Origin: an uncultured delta proteobacterium
GTDB taxonomy: Bacteria; Myxococcota_A; Polyangia; Fen-1088
Direction of reading: 5' to 3'
NCBI GenBank assembly: GCA_963767925.1
Contig: CAVYGB010000002.1
Coordinates: forward strand, 160,001 to 224,000
Length of the DNA stretch: 64,000 nt
Below are positions 49,148 through 58,272 of this stretch, piece after piece. Numbering within the stretch: position 1 is the first letter of the stretch; each line of letters begins with the position of its first letter. The notes beneath the pieces are model-generated. The model made no database searches. It was not told the DNA's origin and saw only the letters and a list, made by a program, of their open reading frames with translations. The position numbers and the translations under genes are program-made.

Positions 49148-49723
49148 GTGTTGCAGCGACCAATCGTGTCATCATCCCGCTCGTCGCGACCGGCACCGGC
49201 AGCTTCCGCCGGCCGCTCGAGTGCGAGAGCAGCGTCCGCTTCGGCCGCTCGGCCGAGGGGCGGCGCACGCTGGTGGTGCGCAACACCTATTTCGAGGAGG
49301 AGAGCGCCCTGTGGGCGGCCGCCCGGCGCCTGGCGCTCGAGCTGGCGGTGCTGGTGCTGCTGACCACGCCGCTGATTCCGATCCTGCTGGTGCTGGGGGG
49401 CGACCCGCCGGGAGGCGGCGCTGCTGCTGCGCCCCGCGATCGCCGCCGCGTCCCTCCTGGCCATGGCCACCGCCTTCGAGCGGGCGCTCGAGACGGGAGG
49501 GCTGGGCGGGGTCAACCTGTCGACGCTGGCGGTCTGGCTCGCGAGCTGGGTCTTCGCGCTGGCCGCCCACACCGGGTTTCGCCGCGCCCTGCGCGGCGCG
49601 CGCGATCGCGAGGTGGCGGCGGGGCTGCGGGCCTACGCGCTGGTCCTCTCGGCCGCCGCCCTCTGGATCGCCCTGCACCTCGCGCGTTACGGCCTCGTCG
49701 GCCTGCGCACCTGGCGCTGGTGA
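49148..49723 (+). pseudogene. Membrane protein fragment, frameshifted at a G6 run (49395-49400)
   Basis: ..VLLTTPLIPILLVLG continues as ATRREAALLLRPAI..YGLVGLRTWRW in the +1 frame. No convincing 5' end. Confidence 0.45.
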
Positions 49724-49817
49724 GCCGGCGCGGTGAGCCGGCCAGACGGCCCGGGCATCCCGGCGGGTCGATGTTATGTTCCGCCCTCCGCGAGACCCCT
49801 TTTTGGAAGTGAGGGCA

Positions 49818-50507
49818 GTGCCGTTGAAACATCGTTTGCGAACCACACCGCTGGTCATGTTGCTTGCGCTGGGAGCTTGCGGCGAATCGTCGCCGCCGCC
49901 CGCCGGCGGGGGAGGAACCGGAGGTGGAGGCAGCGGAGGCAGCGGCGGCAGCGGCGGATCGGGAGGGGCCGGGCCCGCCGCGACCCCCGACGCGGCCGCG
50001 CCGGATGCGCCCCCCGCCAGCCCGCCCGGGCTGCCCGCCAGCGCCAGCCAGGCGGACATCGTCGCCTTCCTCGCGGCCGGCGAATACAAGAAGGCGCCCT
50101 GGATCGCCGAGACCGAGGCCGCCCGCCCGCAAGCCGGCGCGACCTCGCCCCACGACTCGGTTCGCGTCTGGTTGAACCCCGAGCTGGTGGCGTCGCTGCA
50201 GGGCGGCCGCGACGGCTTCCGCAACACCATGACGATGGTGACCAACCCCCCGCACGACCGCTGGAGCATGGCGGTCAAGGAGCTGTACGACGAGGGCGGC
50301 ACCACCGTCGAGGGCGTGGCCGCCATGATCAAGACCGAGGCCGGCCCGGCCCAGAACACCTGGACTTATTATTGCCACGGCCCCGAGGGCCGCTGCGCCA
50401 CCGGCCGCCCCTCGCCCCCCGACATGCCCGTCTACGGCCGCGGCCAGATGGTCTCCTGCGGCTTTTGCCACGGCGGCCTGATCTACACCAAGCTGCGCAT
50501 GCCCTGA
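49818..50507 (+). CDS. Lipoprotein c-type cytochrome, cytochrome P460/c'-beta-like
   Basis: Lipobox LGAC; AVKELY, AAMIK, W.YY and C-terminal CGFCH. Confidence 0.6.
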   Translation: MPLKHRLRTTPLVMLLALGACGESSPPPAGGGGTGGGGSGGSGGSGGSGGAGPAATPDAAAPDAPPASPPGLPASASQADIVAFLAAGEYKKAPWIAETEAARPQAGATSPHDSVRVWLNPELVASLQGGRDGFRNTMTMVTNPPHDRWSMAVKELYDEGGTTVEGVAAMIKTEAGPAQNTWTYYCHGPEGRCATGRPSPPDMPVYGRGQMVSCGFCHGGLIYTKLRMP

Positions 50508-50598
50508 GGCCGCAAGCAGCAGACGTTCCCGGGAGGGAGGGCGGGCTCGCCGCAGTACTCCGCCCTCCCCGCGGTCCCGGCCATGACAAGCTGAGGCC

Positions 50599-52341
50599 AT
50601 GGCGCCGATGCCTCGCTCTCCCGATCGCGTCAGCCGCTCCGCTCCCCGATCGCCCGGCCCGGTCCCCCTCGCAGCCGCGGCGCTGCTGGCCGCCCTGCTC
50701 GCGACCGCCTGCCAGGAGTCCGAGCCCGGCGTCGAGGCGCGCGACACCGGCCTCGGCGAGGCCGACGCCGCCACCGATGCGCCTCTGCCCGACGCCAGCA
50801 GCGACAGCGCCGACGGGCGCGACGCCGACACCGGGTCGGGCGATGGGCCGCCCGCGGTTCCCGTGCCGCTCGGCCAGATCGTGCCCCGTCCGGTCAGCGT
50901 GACCCCCGCGACCGGCGTCTTCCTCCTGAGCGAGGCCACCCGGATCGAAGTGGAGCCGGCGGACGAGGAGCGGATGGCCCTCGGGCAATACCTCGCCGCC
51001 CGCCTGCGCACCCCCACCGGCTTTCCCCTGCCGGTCTCGGCCGCGACCGGCGCACCCACCGCCGGCGCCATCCGCCTGACCACCGCGAACCCCGACGCCA
51101 CCCTCGGCGAGGAGGGCTACGAGCTGCGGATCACCGCCGACAGCGTCACCCTCGCCGCCGCCCAGCCGGCCGGCATCTTCCACGGCCTGCAGACGATCCG
51201 CCAGCTCCTGCCCGCCGCGATCGAGCAGGCGAGCTTGCGGCCGGGGCCCTGGCCGCTGGCCGCCGGCACCGTGCGGGACCAGCCGCGCTTCGCCTGGCGG
51301 GGCGCGATGCTCGACATCGCCCGCCACTTCTTCGGCGTCGAGATCCTCGAGCGGTACATCGACCTGCTGGCCTATTACAAGCTCAACCGCCTGCACCTGC
51401 ACCTGGCCGACGACCAGGGCTGGCGCATCGTGATCGACGCCTGGCCGCAGCTCGCCCTGCACGGCGGGTCGACCCAGGTGGGCGGCGGCCCCGGCGGCTA
51501 CCTGACCAAGGCCCAGTACGCCGGCGTCGTCGCCTACGCCCGCGCCCGCTACATCACCATCATCCCCGAGTTCGACGTCCCCGGGCACACCAACGCCGCC
51601 CTGGCCTCCTACCCGGAGCTCAACTGCAACGGCGTGGCGCCGCCGCTCTACACCGGCACCGACGTCGGCTTCAGCTCGCTGTGCATCGACCTGCCCATCA
51701 CCGAGCGGTTCGTCACCGAGGTGGTCGCCGAGCTGGCGGCGCTGACCCCCGGCCCCTACCTGCACATGGGCGGCGACGAGGCAGCCGCCACCAATCCGGC
51801 GGCCTACGTGCGCTTCATGAGCAAGGTGCAGGGGATCGTGCGGGCCGCCGGCAAGGAGCTGATCGGCTGGGAGGAGATCACCGCCATCCCCGACCTGGCC
51901 ACCACCTCGCTGGTCCAGCACTGGGCCACCCCCGCGCTGGCCCAGCAGGGCAAGCAGCAGGGGGCCAAGGTCATCATGTCTCCCGCCTCGCGGGCCTACC
52001 TCGACATGAAATACGACGCCAGCACCCTCCTCGGGCTGACCTGGGCCGGCTTCATCGACGAGCGGCGGGGCTACGAGTGGGACCCCGCCACCCAGATCCC
52101 CGGCATCGGCGAGGCCGACATCCTCGGCGTCGAGGGCCCCCTCTGGGCGGAGACCATCGCGACCCGCGCCGACCTCGAATACCTGGCGATGCCCCGCCTG
52201 GCCGGCCAGGCCGAGATCGGCTGGTCGCCCGCCGCCGGCAAGAGCTGGGACGAATACCGCGTCCGCATCGGCAGCCAGGGCCCCCGCCTGGCCGCCCAGG
52301 GCGTGAACGTCTACCGCTCGGCCCTCATCCCCTGGCAGTGA
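50599..52341 (+). CDS. GH20 beta-N-acetylhexosaminidase, lipoprotein
   Basis: PRFAWRGAMLD.ARHF, HLHL.DDQGWR, PEFDVPGH, HMGGDEA. Confidence 0.94.
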   Translation: MAPMPRSPDRVSRSAPRSPGPVPLAAAALLAALLATACQESEPGVEARDTGLGEADAATDAPLPDASSDSADGRDADTGSGDGPPAVPVPLGQIVPRPVSVTPATGVFLLSEATRIEVEPADEERMALGQYLAARLRTPTGFPLPVSAATGAPTAGAIRLTTANPDATLGEEGYELRITADSVTLAAAQPAGIFHGLQTIRQLLPAAIEQASLRPGPWPLAAGTVRDQPRFAWRGAMLDIARHFFGVEILERYIDLLAYYKLNRLHLHLADDQGWRIVIDAWPQLALHGGSTQVGGGPGGYLTKAQYAGVVAYARARYITIIPEFDVPGHTNAALASYPELNCNGVAPPLYTGTDVGFSSLCIDLPITERFVTEVVAELAALTPGPYLHMGGDEAAATNPAAYVRFMSKVQGIVRAAGKELIGWEEITAIPDLATTSLVQHWATPALAQQGKQQGAKVIMSPASRAYLDMKYDASTLLGLTWAGFIDERRGYEWDPATQIPGIGEADILGVEGPLWAETIATRADLEYLAMPRLAGQAEIGWSPAAGKSWDEYRVRIGSQGPRLAAQGVNVYRSALIPWQ

Positions 52342-52410
52342 GCGCCCGCGCGCGGCGCCGTCTGCCACGTCGAACCGCACGCCCCGGCCAACCGCCGTCG
52401 GGAGCCGGAA

Positions 52411-52548
52411 CATCGTCACCTCTCCCCGCGGTCTGCCGGGCGGAGAGGTCTGCGCGTCTGCGCGACGGGTGAGGGGCCTCCGGCGTGGCAACCTCCCCTC
52501 ACCCTGACCCTCTCCCCACGGCCGCAGACGGCCGCGGGGCGAGGGCAA
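52411..52548. repeat. REP-containing dispersed repeat between convergent genes
   Basis: Inverted copy of 34260-34380 plus ccctcaccc..ccctctcccc..gcggggcgaggg. Confidence 0.8.
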
Positions 52549-52606
52549 ACGGGCAGCGGGGGACCGGACTGAACAGGTTTGGCCCGCTTCGCCGGCTACC
52601 GCAATC

Positions 52607-53317
52607 TTACTTCTGCCCTTGCCGGCTCTCCCAGTCGGCCAGGCGCTGGCGGGCCTCCTCGCGGACGCGGCGGTCGGGGTCGTTCTTCGCGGCCTGCAGC
52701 GCGGTCTTGACGGCAGGGTCGTCCAGGAACCGCTGCAGCAGCTCGACCGCCTCGGTGCGCGTGTTCGAGTCGCGCTCGCGGGTGAGGATGCCGATCAGGG
52801 GATCTTTCATCGACGGGTAGTCGAGCCGGCTCAGGTGCCTCAGGGCGTCCCTCCGCAGCGGGGCCGCGACCGAGGCATCCTGGGCGAGATCGAGGGCCGC
52901 CCGGGCCACCTCCTCGTTGCGCCCGTCGCGGAGCTTGCGCAGGTTCAGGAGGGCATCGACCCGCTCGCTGGCCGGGCGCCCCCGGTCGAGGAACGTGCGC
53001 CGCGCCTCCTCGGTCGGGGCGGGAACCGGCGGCACCGCCACCGCCCCGCCGGCCGCACCCGGCGCCGCCGCCGCTGCGCCGAGCTGGGCGGGCGTGGGAA
53101 TGCTGCTCGGCCGCGCGGCCCCCGAGCCCAGACGCTGCAGAGACATCGCGTTCGCGCGCGTCGCCACCCGCAGGTCCTCGAGCTCCGACGACAGCACGTC
53201 CACCCGCTCTTTCAACGCGGCCACCTCCCGCTCGCCCGAGTCGGTCCAGTCGACCGCGAGGTGGATGAGCCCCAGCAGCAAGGCGATGGCGCTGACGAAG
53301 AGCGGCAGGATTCGCAT
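52607..53317 (-). CDS. Membrane-anchored coiled-coil + HEAT-repeat protein
   Basis: N-terminal TM, coiled coil, then R..A...L and DPD..VR..A repeats. Confidence 0.75.
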   Translation of the reverse strand: MRILPLFVSAIALLLGLIHLAVDWTDSGEREVAALKERVDVLSSELEDLRVATRANAMSLQRLGSGAARPSSIPTPAQLGAAAAAPGAAGGAVAVPPVPAPTEEARRTFLDRGRPASERVDALLNLRKLRDGRNEEVARAALDLAQDASVAAPLRRDALRHLSRLDYPSMKDPLIGILTRERDSNTRTEAVELLQRFLDDPAVKTALQAAKNDPDRRVREEARQRLADWESRQGQK

Positions 53318-53510
53318 GTGGTCTCGCGATCGTCGTTAGCGCGGTTGCGCCCGCAACGGCAACCCCTTTTCCTGGCCACCCCCGTCGTGGTCGCCGACGC
53401 GGCCGGCGCCTCTAAGCGGGTCAGCGCGACCCGATCGGGCCAGCGACAGGCGCCGCGAACTAGGGACTGTTTTCGAAGTAGTCGGGTCCCCTCGCTTCGC
53501 TCGGGCCCGA

Positions 53511-53675
53511 CTAGTCCCCTGGAAAGGTGAAGTCTTGCATATGTCGGCGAGGCATCTTCGTTCCTGGCAAGGCGCGAGGAGGGCGAATACCTGGCGTATT
53601 TAGCCGACGAGCAACGCAGCCAGGGACGAAGAGGACCGGCGAGATATGCAAGAAATCACCTCTCCAGGGGACTAG
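53511..53675. mobile_element. MITE-like 165-bp imperfect palindrome bounded by CTAG
   Basis: ctagtcccctgga.aggtga..tcttgcatat ... atatgcaaga..tcacct.tccaggggactag, with inner arms cttcgttcctggc / gccagggacgaag. Confidence 0.75.
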
Positions 53676-54457
53676 CAGCCGATAGGGACCAGGGCCCGGA
53701 CGCGGAGGATCTCCTCGGCGGGCAGCGACGGGCTCGCGAAGCGGAGGGTGACGTCGACGTCGACGGCGCAGGGGAGCGGGCCGGGCCAGGTCACGCTGCC
53801 GCTGCCGGCGGTGGCCGCCGTGACCGCCGGGGCGGGCAAGGCCCCGGGGGCGCAGTCGCCGCCGGCGGTGGCGCCGGCCGCTTCGACCTGCCAGGTGTCG
53901 GGCAGGCGCAGCGGCAACACCGACTCCGTGTCGGGCGCGCGCAGGGTGAGGCGGAAGCAGAGGTTGCGGCCCGGGTCCGACTTCACGATCACCAGCCGGT
54001 CCAGCCCGCCGTGGAGGACGGCCGCCGCATAGCTGCCCGGTGCCGGTTGCGGGTCGCCGCCGTCTCCGCCGCCGCCCGCGTCCCCACTGTTGCCGCCGGG
54101 GCCATCGATGGTGGCGGCGTCCGGCGCCGGTGGCGCGCTGTCGCCGGGGCTCACGTCGGCTCCGTCGATCGGCCTGCCCTCCGACAGGCCCCCGTCGGAG
54201 GCCGCCCCGCCATCCGGGGCCCCGGAGTCGGCGCTGCCATCGCCGGCGGACCCGGCGTCCGCCCGACCTTCCCCCCCGCCGGCATCGCGGACAGCGTCGG
54301 TGGGGGCGTCGCGGCCGCCGCCGTCAGCGGCATCGGGGGGACCTCCAGCTCCGCGGTCCGGGCAGCCAGCGGCAGCACCGACAAGCATCGCCAGCAGCAG
54401 GACGGTCGATCCGCGAAGTGACAGTGCGCACGACAAGGGAGAATCAGAGCCTAGCAC
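53672..54457 (-). CDS. Hypothetical lipoprotein with Gly/Asp-rich linker (start uncertain)
   Basis: Lipobox AAGC; low-complexity linker; Cys-containing C-terminal domain. Confidence 0.65.
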   Translation of the reverse strand: MLGSDSPLSCALSLRGSTVLLLAMLVGAAAGCPDRGAGGPPDAADGGGRDAPTDAVRDAGGGEGRADAGSAGDGSADSGAPDGGAASDGGLSEGRPIDGADVSPGDSAPPAPDAATIDGPGGNSGDAGGGGDGGDPQPAPGSYAAAVLHGGLDRLVIVKSDPGRNLCFRLTLRAPDTESVLPLRLPDTWQVEAAGATAGGDCAPGALPAPAVTAATAGSGSVTWPGPLPCAVDVDVTLRFASPSLPAEEILRVRALVPIGC

Positions 54458-54566
54458 CTCGGGTGCAGTCGCGGATCCGGGGTCGTCACGGACAAGTTGA
54501 ACAAACCGCCCCGGCGAACGTTATTCTGCGGCTGGTCCCCGCCCACCCGCACAGGAGCCGAACCTC

Positions 54567-56825
54567 ATGAGAGCGCGAACCCGATCGAGCAGCCTGGTGA
54601 CCTTTGCAGCGGCGGGAGCCGCGCTCGCGCTCGTCGGAGCGGCGGGGTGTGGCGACGCCGGTCCCGCCTCCGATCCGGGCGCCGCCAGGGGCCTCGAGAT
54701 GGGCGCCCCGCTCACCGGCGACCCGCCCGGCTACGGCGGCGGCGGCCCTGCAGCCGCCGTGAGCGCCGAGTACCAGTTCCCCGCCACCATCGATCCCGAG
54801 GTGCAGGGCGACCGCTACACCGAGCTGTGGGCCCGCGTCTACCGCCCCGAGCAGCTCGACCCCCTCCGGCCCCACCCGCTGCTCGTGTTCCTGCACGGCA
54901 ACCACGCCACCTGTGGCCACGGGGAGAACCCGCGCATCGACAACGATCGCACCTACACCTTCTCCGGCACCTGCCCGCCCGGCTACGTCGTGGCGCCGAG
55001 CCACGCCGGCTACGAATACGCCGCCACCGAGCTCGCCGCCCTCGGGTACGTCGTCGTGTCGATCAACGCCAACCGGGGCATCAACGCCGCCCCGGGCGTG
55101 CCCGGAGACGCCGGGCTCAACCTCGCGCGCGGGCGGCTCATCCTCAAGCACCTCGCCCTGCTCAGCCGCTGGAACCGCGGCCTCGAGGCCACCCCCGCCT
55201 CCCTCGGCGTCAACCTGGCGGGCCGGCTCGACTTCGCCAACGTCGGGCTGATGGGCCACTCGCGCGGGGGCGAGGGGGCGCGCGCCGCCTACAACCAGTA
55301 CCGCGATCCGGACAGCCTCTGGCCCCTCCGCATCGCCGACCCGGTCACCATCCGCGGCATCTTCGAGATCGGCCCGGTCGATGGCCAGTCCGCGCGCACG
55401 CTCGACGCCAGCGGCGCCCGCTGGACCGTGCTGCTGCCGATGTGCGACGGGGACGTGTCGAACCTGTCGGGCGTGCGCCCCTTCGATCGGATGATGCGGG
55501 CCGCGGGTGAGCAGCCGCCCCGGTTCAAGGCGACGTTCACCGTGTGGGGCACCAATCACAACTACTTCAACACCGAGTGGCAGCTCTCCGATTCGAGCGG
55601 CTGCACCGGGCACCTGCCGCTGTTCACGGAGGGGCCGGGCGTGATCGGCTCGGCGCCCCAGCGCGAGACCGCGCGCGTGGCGCTCACCAGCTTCTTTCGC
55701 GCCGCCGTCGGCACCCAGCGCCAGCCCGACCAGGCGCAGCTCTTCAACCCGCTCTACCCGCTGCCCCGGTCCCTCACCCGCATCACCCGGATCGAGCGGG
55801 GGTACACCGTCTCCTCGGATCCGCGGGTGAGCGTGCTCCTCGAGGACTTCGCCAAACCGACCGGCACCGGCCGCTCCGGCCTGCCCACCACCACGAGCGA
55901 GGTGATCGTCGCGCACCAGGCGCTGCCCGAGCATGACAGCAGCCACCGGGGCGCGCGGTTGACCTGGACCGCGGCGGGAGGCGGGACGTTCTTCCAGACC
56001 AACCTCACCGAGGCGGGCAGCGGCCTGCCGCTGAGCCGCTTCGGCACCCTCGACCTGCGCGTCGACCGGGCGCCCAGCCCGGCCAACCCGCCCGAGCCGA
56101 CCAGCTTCTCGGTCCAGCTCGTGCACGCCGACGGCACCCTCTCCGGGCCGGTGGCGATCGCCCGCTTCGTCAAGCTGATCGGTCCGGTCGGCGGCCCCGC
56201 CAACCGCCTGCACATGATGTTGCAGACCACGCGCATCCCCCTCGGCGAGTTCCCGGGCGCGCAGCTCGACGCCGTCCAGGCGGTCCGCCTCACCTTCGAC
56301 CGCACGGCGACCGGGAGCGTGCTGATCGCCGACCTGCGCGCCTCCGGCTCCTCCGCGCCGGCCTCGCAGGTCGCCGGCAACGGCGACACCGATCCCGACC
56401 CCGACCCGCTGCCCACCGTCGTGGAGGGCGTCGTGAACGAGCCCGACCCCGTCCCCCTCCCCACCGCCTCCGCGACGCCGATCGCCCCCCGCCTGGTGGC
56501 GGGCAACACCGTCCGCGGCATCGGCCCCACCGCCGTGGCCGGCGTGATCGAGGGGATCCAGCCCAGCTGGCTCGACGTCGAGCTCGAGAGCCCCGTCCCC
56601 TTCGCCGAGCAGGCCGAGCTGCTGCTCCTGCAGATCGGCGACACCGAGGTCGAGCTGAGCCGCCACCCCGAGACCGGCAGCGACCAGCGCCTGGTCTTCA
56701 CCCTCACGCCCGAGCAGACCGCCTCCCTGCAAGACGGCGACGACATCACCGTCCGCTACGGCGGCCCCCACTCCCCCCTCGTCTGGACCTTCGGCCCCCT
56801 CGACGCCAGCCTGCTACCCCCATAA
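54567..56825 (+). CDS. Alpha/beta-hydrolase-fold lipoprotein with C-terminal beta-rich domains
   Basis: Lipobox AAGC; FLHGNH, nucleophile elbow GHSRGG, DGDV, NHNYFNTEW. Confidence 0.82.
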   Translation: MRARTRSSSLVTFAAAGAALALVGAAGCGDAGPASDPGAARGLEMGAPLTGDPPGYGGGGPAAAVSAEYQFPATIDPEVQGDRYTELWARVYRPEQLDPLRPHPLLVFLHGNHATCGHGENPRIDNDRTYTFSGTCPPGYVVAPSHAGYEYAATELAALGYVVVSINANRGINAAPGVPGDAGLNLARGRLILKHLALLSRWNRGLEATPASLGVNLAGRLDFANVGLMGHSRGGEGARAAYNQYRDPDSLWPLRIADPVTIRGIFEIGPVDGQSARTLDASGARWTVLLPMCDGDVSNLSGVRPFDRMMRAAGEQPPRFKATFTVWGTNHNYFNTEWQLSDSSGCTGHLPLFTEGPGVIGSAPQRETARVALTSFFRAAVGTQRQPDQAQLFNPLYPLPRSLTRITRIERGYTVSSDPRVSVLLEDFAKPTGTGRSGLPTTTSEVIVAHQALPEHDSSHRGARLTWTAAGGGTFFQTNLTEAGSGLPLSRFGTLDLRVDRAPSPANPPEPTSFSVQLVHADGTLSGPVAIARFVKLIGPVGGPANRLHMMLQTTRIPLGEFPGAQLDAVQAVRLTFDRTATGSVLIADLRASGSSAPASQVAGNGDTDPDPDPLPTVVEGVVNEPDPVPLPTASATPIAPRLVAGNTVRGIGPTAVAGVIEGIQPSWLDVELESPVPFAEQAELLLLQIGDTEVELSRHPETGSDQRLVFTLTPEQTASLQDGDDITVRYGGPHSPLVWTFGPLDASLLPP

Positions 56826-57105
56826 CCGGGTGCGGGCCCGTTCCCGCGCCGGGCGCCGGCGCGGGGTGGCTACCGGGCGTTGCAGGCGCAGCCGGCGGGC
56901 TTGCGGCAGACCTTGCTGCAGGAGATGCCCGAGTCGCCGCAGGCGCAGCCCCCGCAGCCCTGCGCCGACGAAGCACGGGCTGCGCCCCGGCTGCCGTTTT
57001 TGCGCGTCCCTCGGACACCCTCCCAACCTCCCGCTGGGCCTCGGAATCCAGGTAGCGGCTTCGTTTCTTCGTGACGTCGGCGTGGTCGGGTCACCTACTG
57101 GGGTC

Positions 57106-58147
57106 ATGCGCACGCACAGCCGTCTACCGGATCTCGCGATCTTGCTTGTCTGCGTCGTGGGCGGAGGCTGCCAGCCGACCGCCGAGGGGCCCACCAATCC
57201 GGGCGGCGGTGGCGGCTCGGGCGGCGCGGCGACCGGAGCGGCGGGGGCAGCGGGAGGGGCGGCGGCCAGCGGGGGAGGCTCAGGGACCGGCGGCGCGAGC
57301 GGCGCGGGCTCCGGCGGCGGGGGGGCGGCTCGGCGGGCGGGCGGGGGCCTCCGGCGGCGCGGGCGCATCGACCGGCGGTACCGCTGGCGGCGGATCCGGT
57401 GGTGCCGGGGGCAGCCGCGACAGCGGCCGGGCGGACGCGACTGCGGCGAGCGACCGCGGCGCCACGGCGCCCGATGCGCCTCCGTCCGGCAGCGGCGGGC
57501 CCTTGCCGCCGGCGGTTCGCAAGGTCGTCATCCTCCACGATGCCAACGCTGGCGGCAGCGCTACCGATCCATCGCGCAAGACCATGGTGGACATCCTCAA
57601 CGGGATGAAGGACTCGCACGGGATCGTCGTCGAGCTGATGGACAGCCCCACGAAGGCCACCGACCTGATGGACAAGGCGCTGGTGATCGTCGGCCCGAAC
57701 GCGAGCATGTTCGGGGACAACCATCCCGATCCCGGGCTGAAGACGCTCGCCATCCCGATGATCGTCAGCAAGGACGGCAACACCACCGAGATCGGGCTCG
57801 GTCGTGTCGCGGCCACCGATCCCCCCACCTTCGATCGCATCACGATCGTCGAGCCCAATCACCCGCTGGCGGCCGGGCTCCCGGCGGGCAACCTGGTCGT
57901 GATGACGACCCCGAACCGCCAGCGGATGATCACCTTCACGGGGCTCGGCCCGGACGCCATCAAGATCGCCACCAGCCCCCAGGGCGCAAACGCCTTTTCT
58001 CTGATCGCCTACGAGAAGGGCGGCGACATGGGCGCCGGCCTCAAGGCCCCCGCCCGCCGCGTGGGCTTCTTCTGGCACCGCCCGGCGGCCGTCAACGCCC
58101 AGGGCACCAAGCTGTTCCAGGCCGCCGTCGACTGGGCCCTCCGCTAG
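57106..58147 (+). pseudogene. Gly-rich lipoprotein, frameshift in G runs at ~57319-57348 (possibly a sequencing error)
   Basis: Lipobox GGGC in one frame; globular C-terminal domain (..HPLAAGL..ARRVGFF..LFQAAVDWA) in another. Confidence 0.65.
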
Positions 58148-58272
58148 CAGCCCGGGGTGTGGCGGGGGTCTCATGGGACGGTGGCGTGACGGGCGGCGGC
58201 GGGGGAGGTGGGGGTAGACTCCTGAAAAATGGGCGGTCGCCAACGGGCGGGCGCCGGCGGTGTAGGGAGGGC

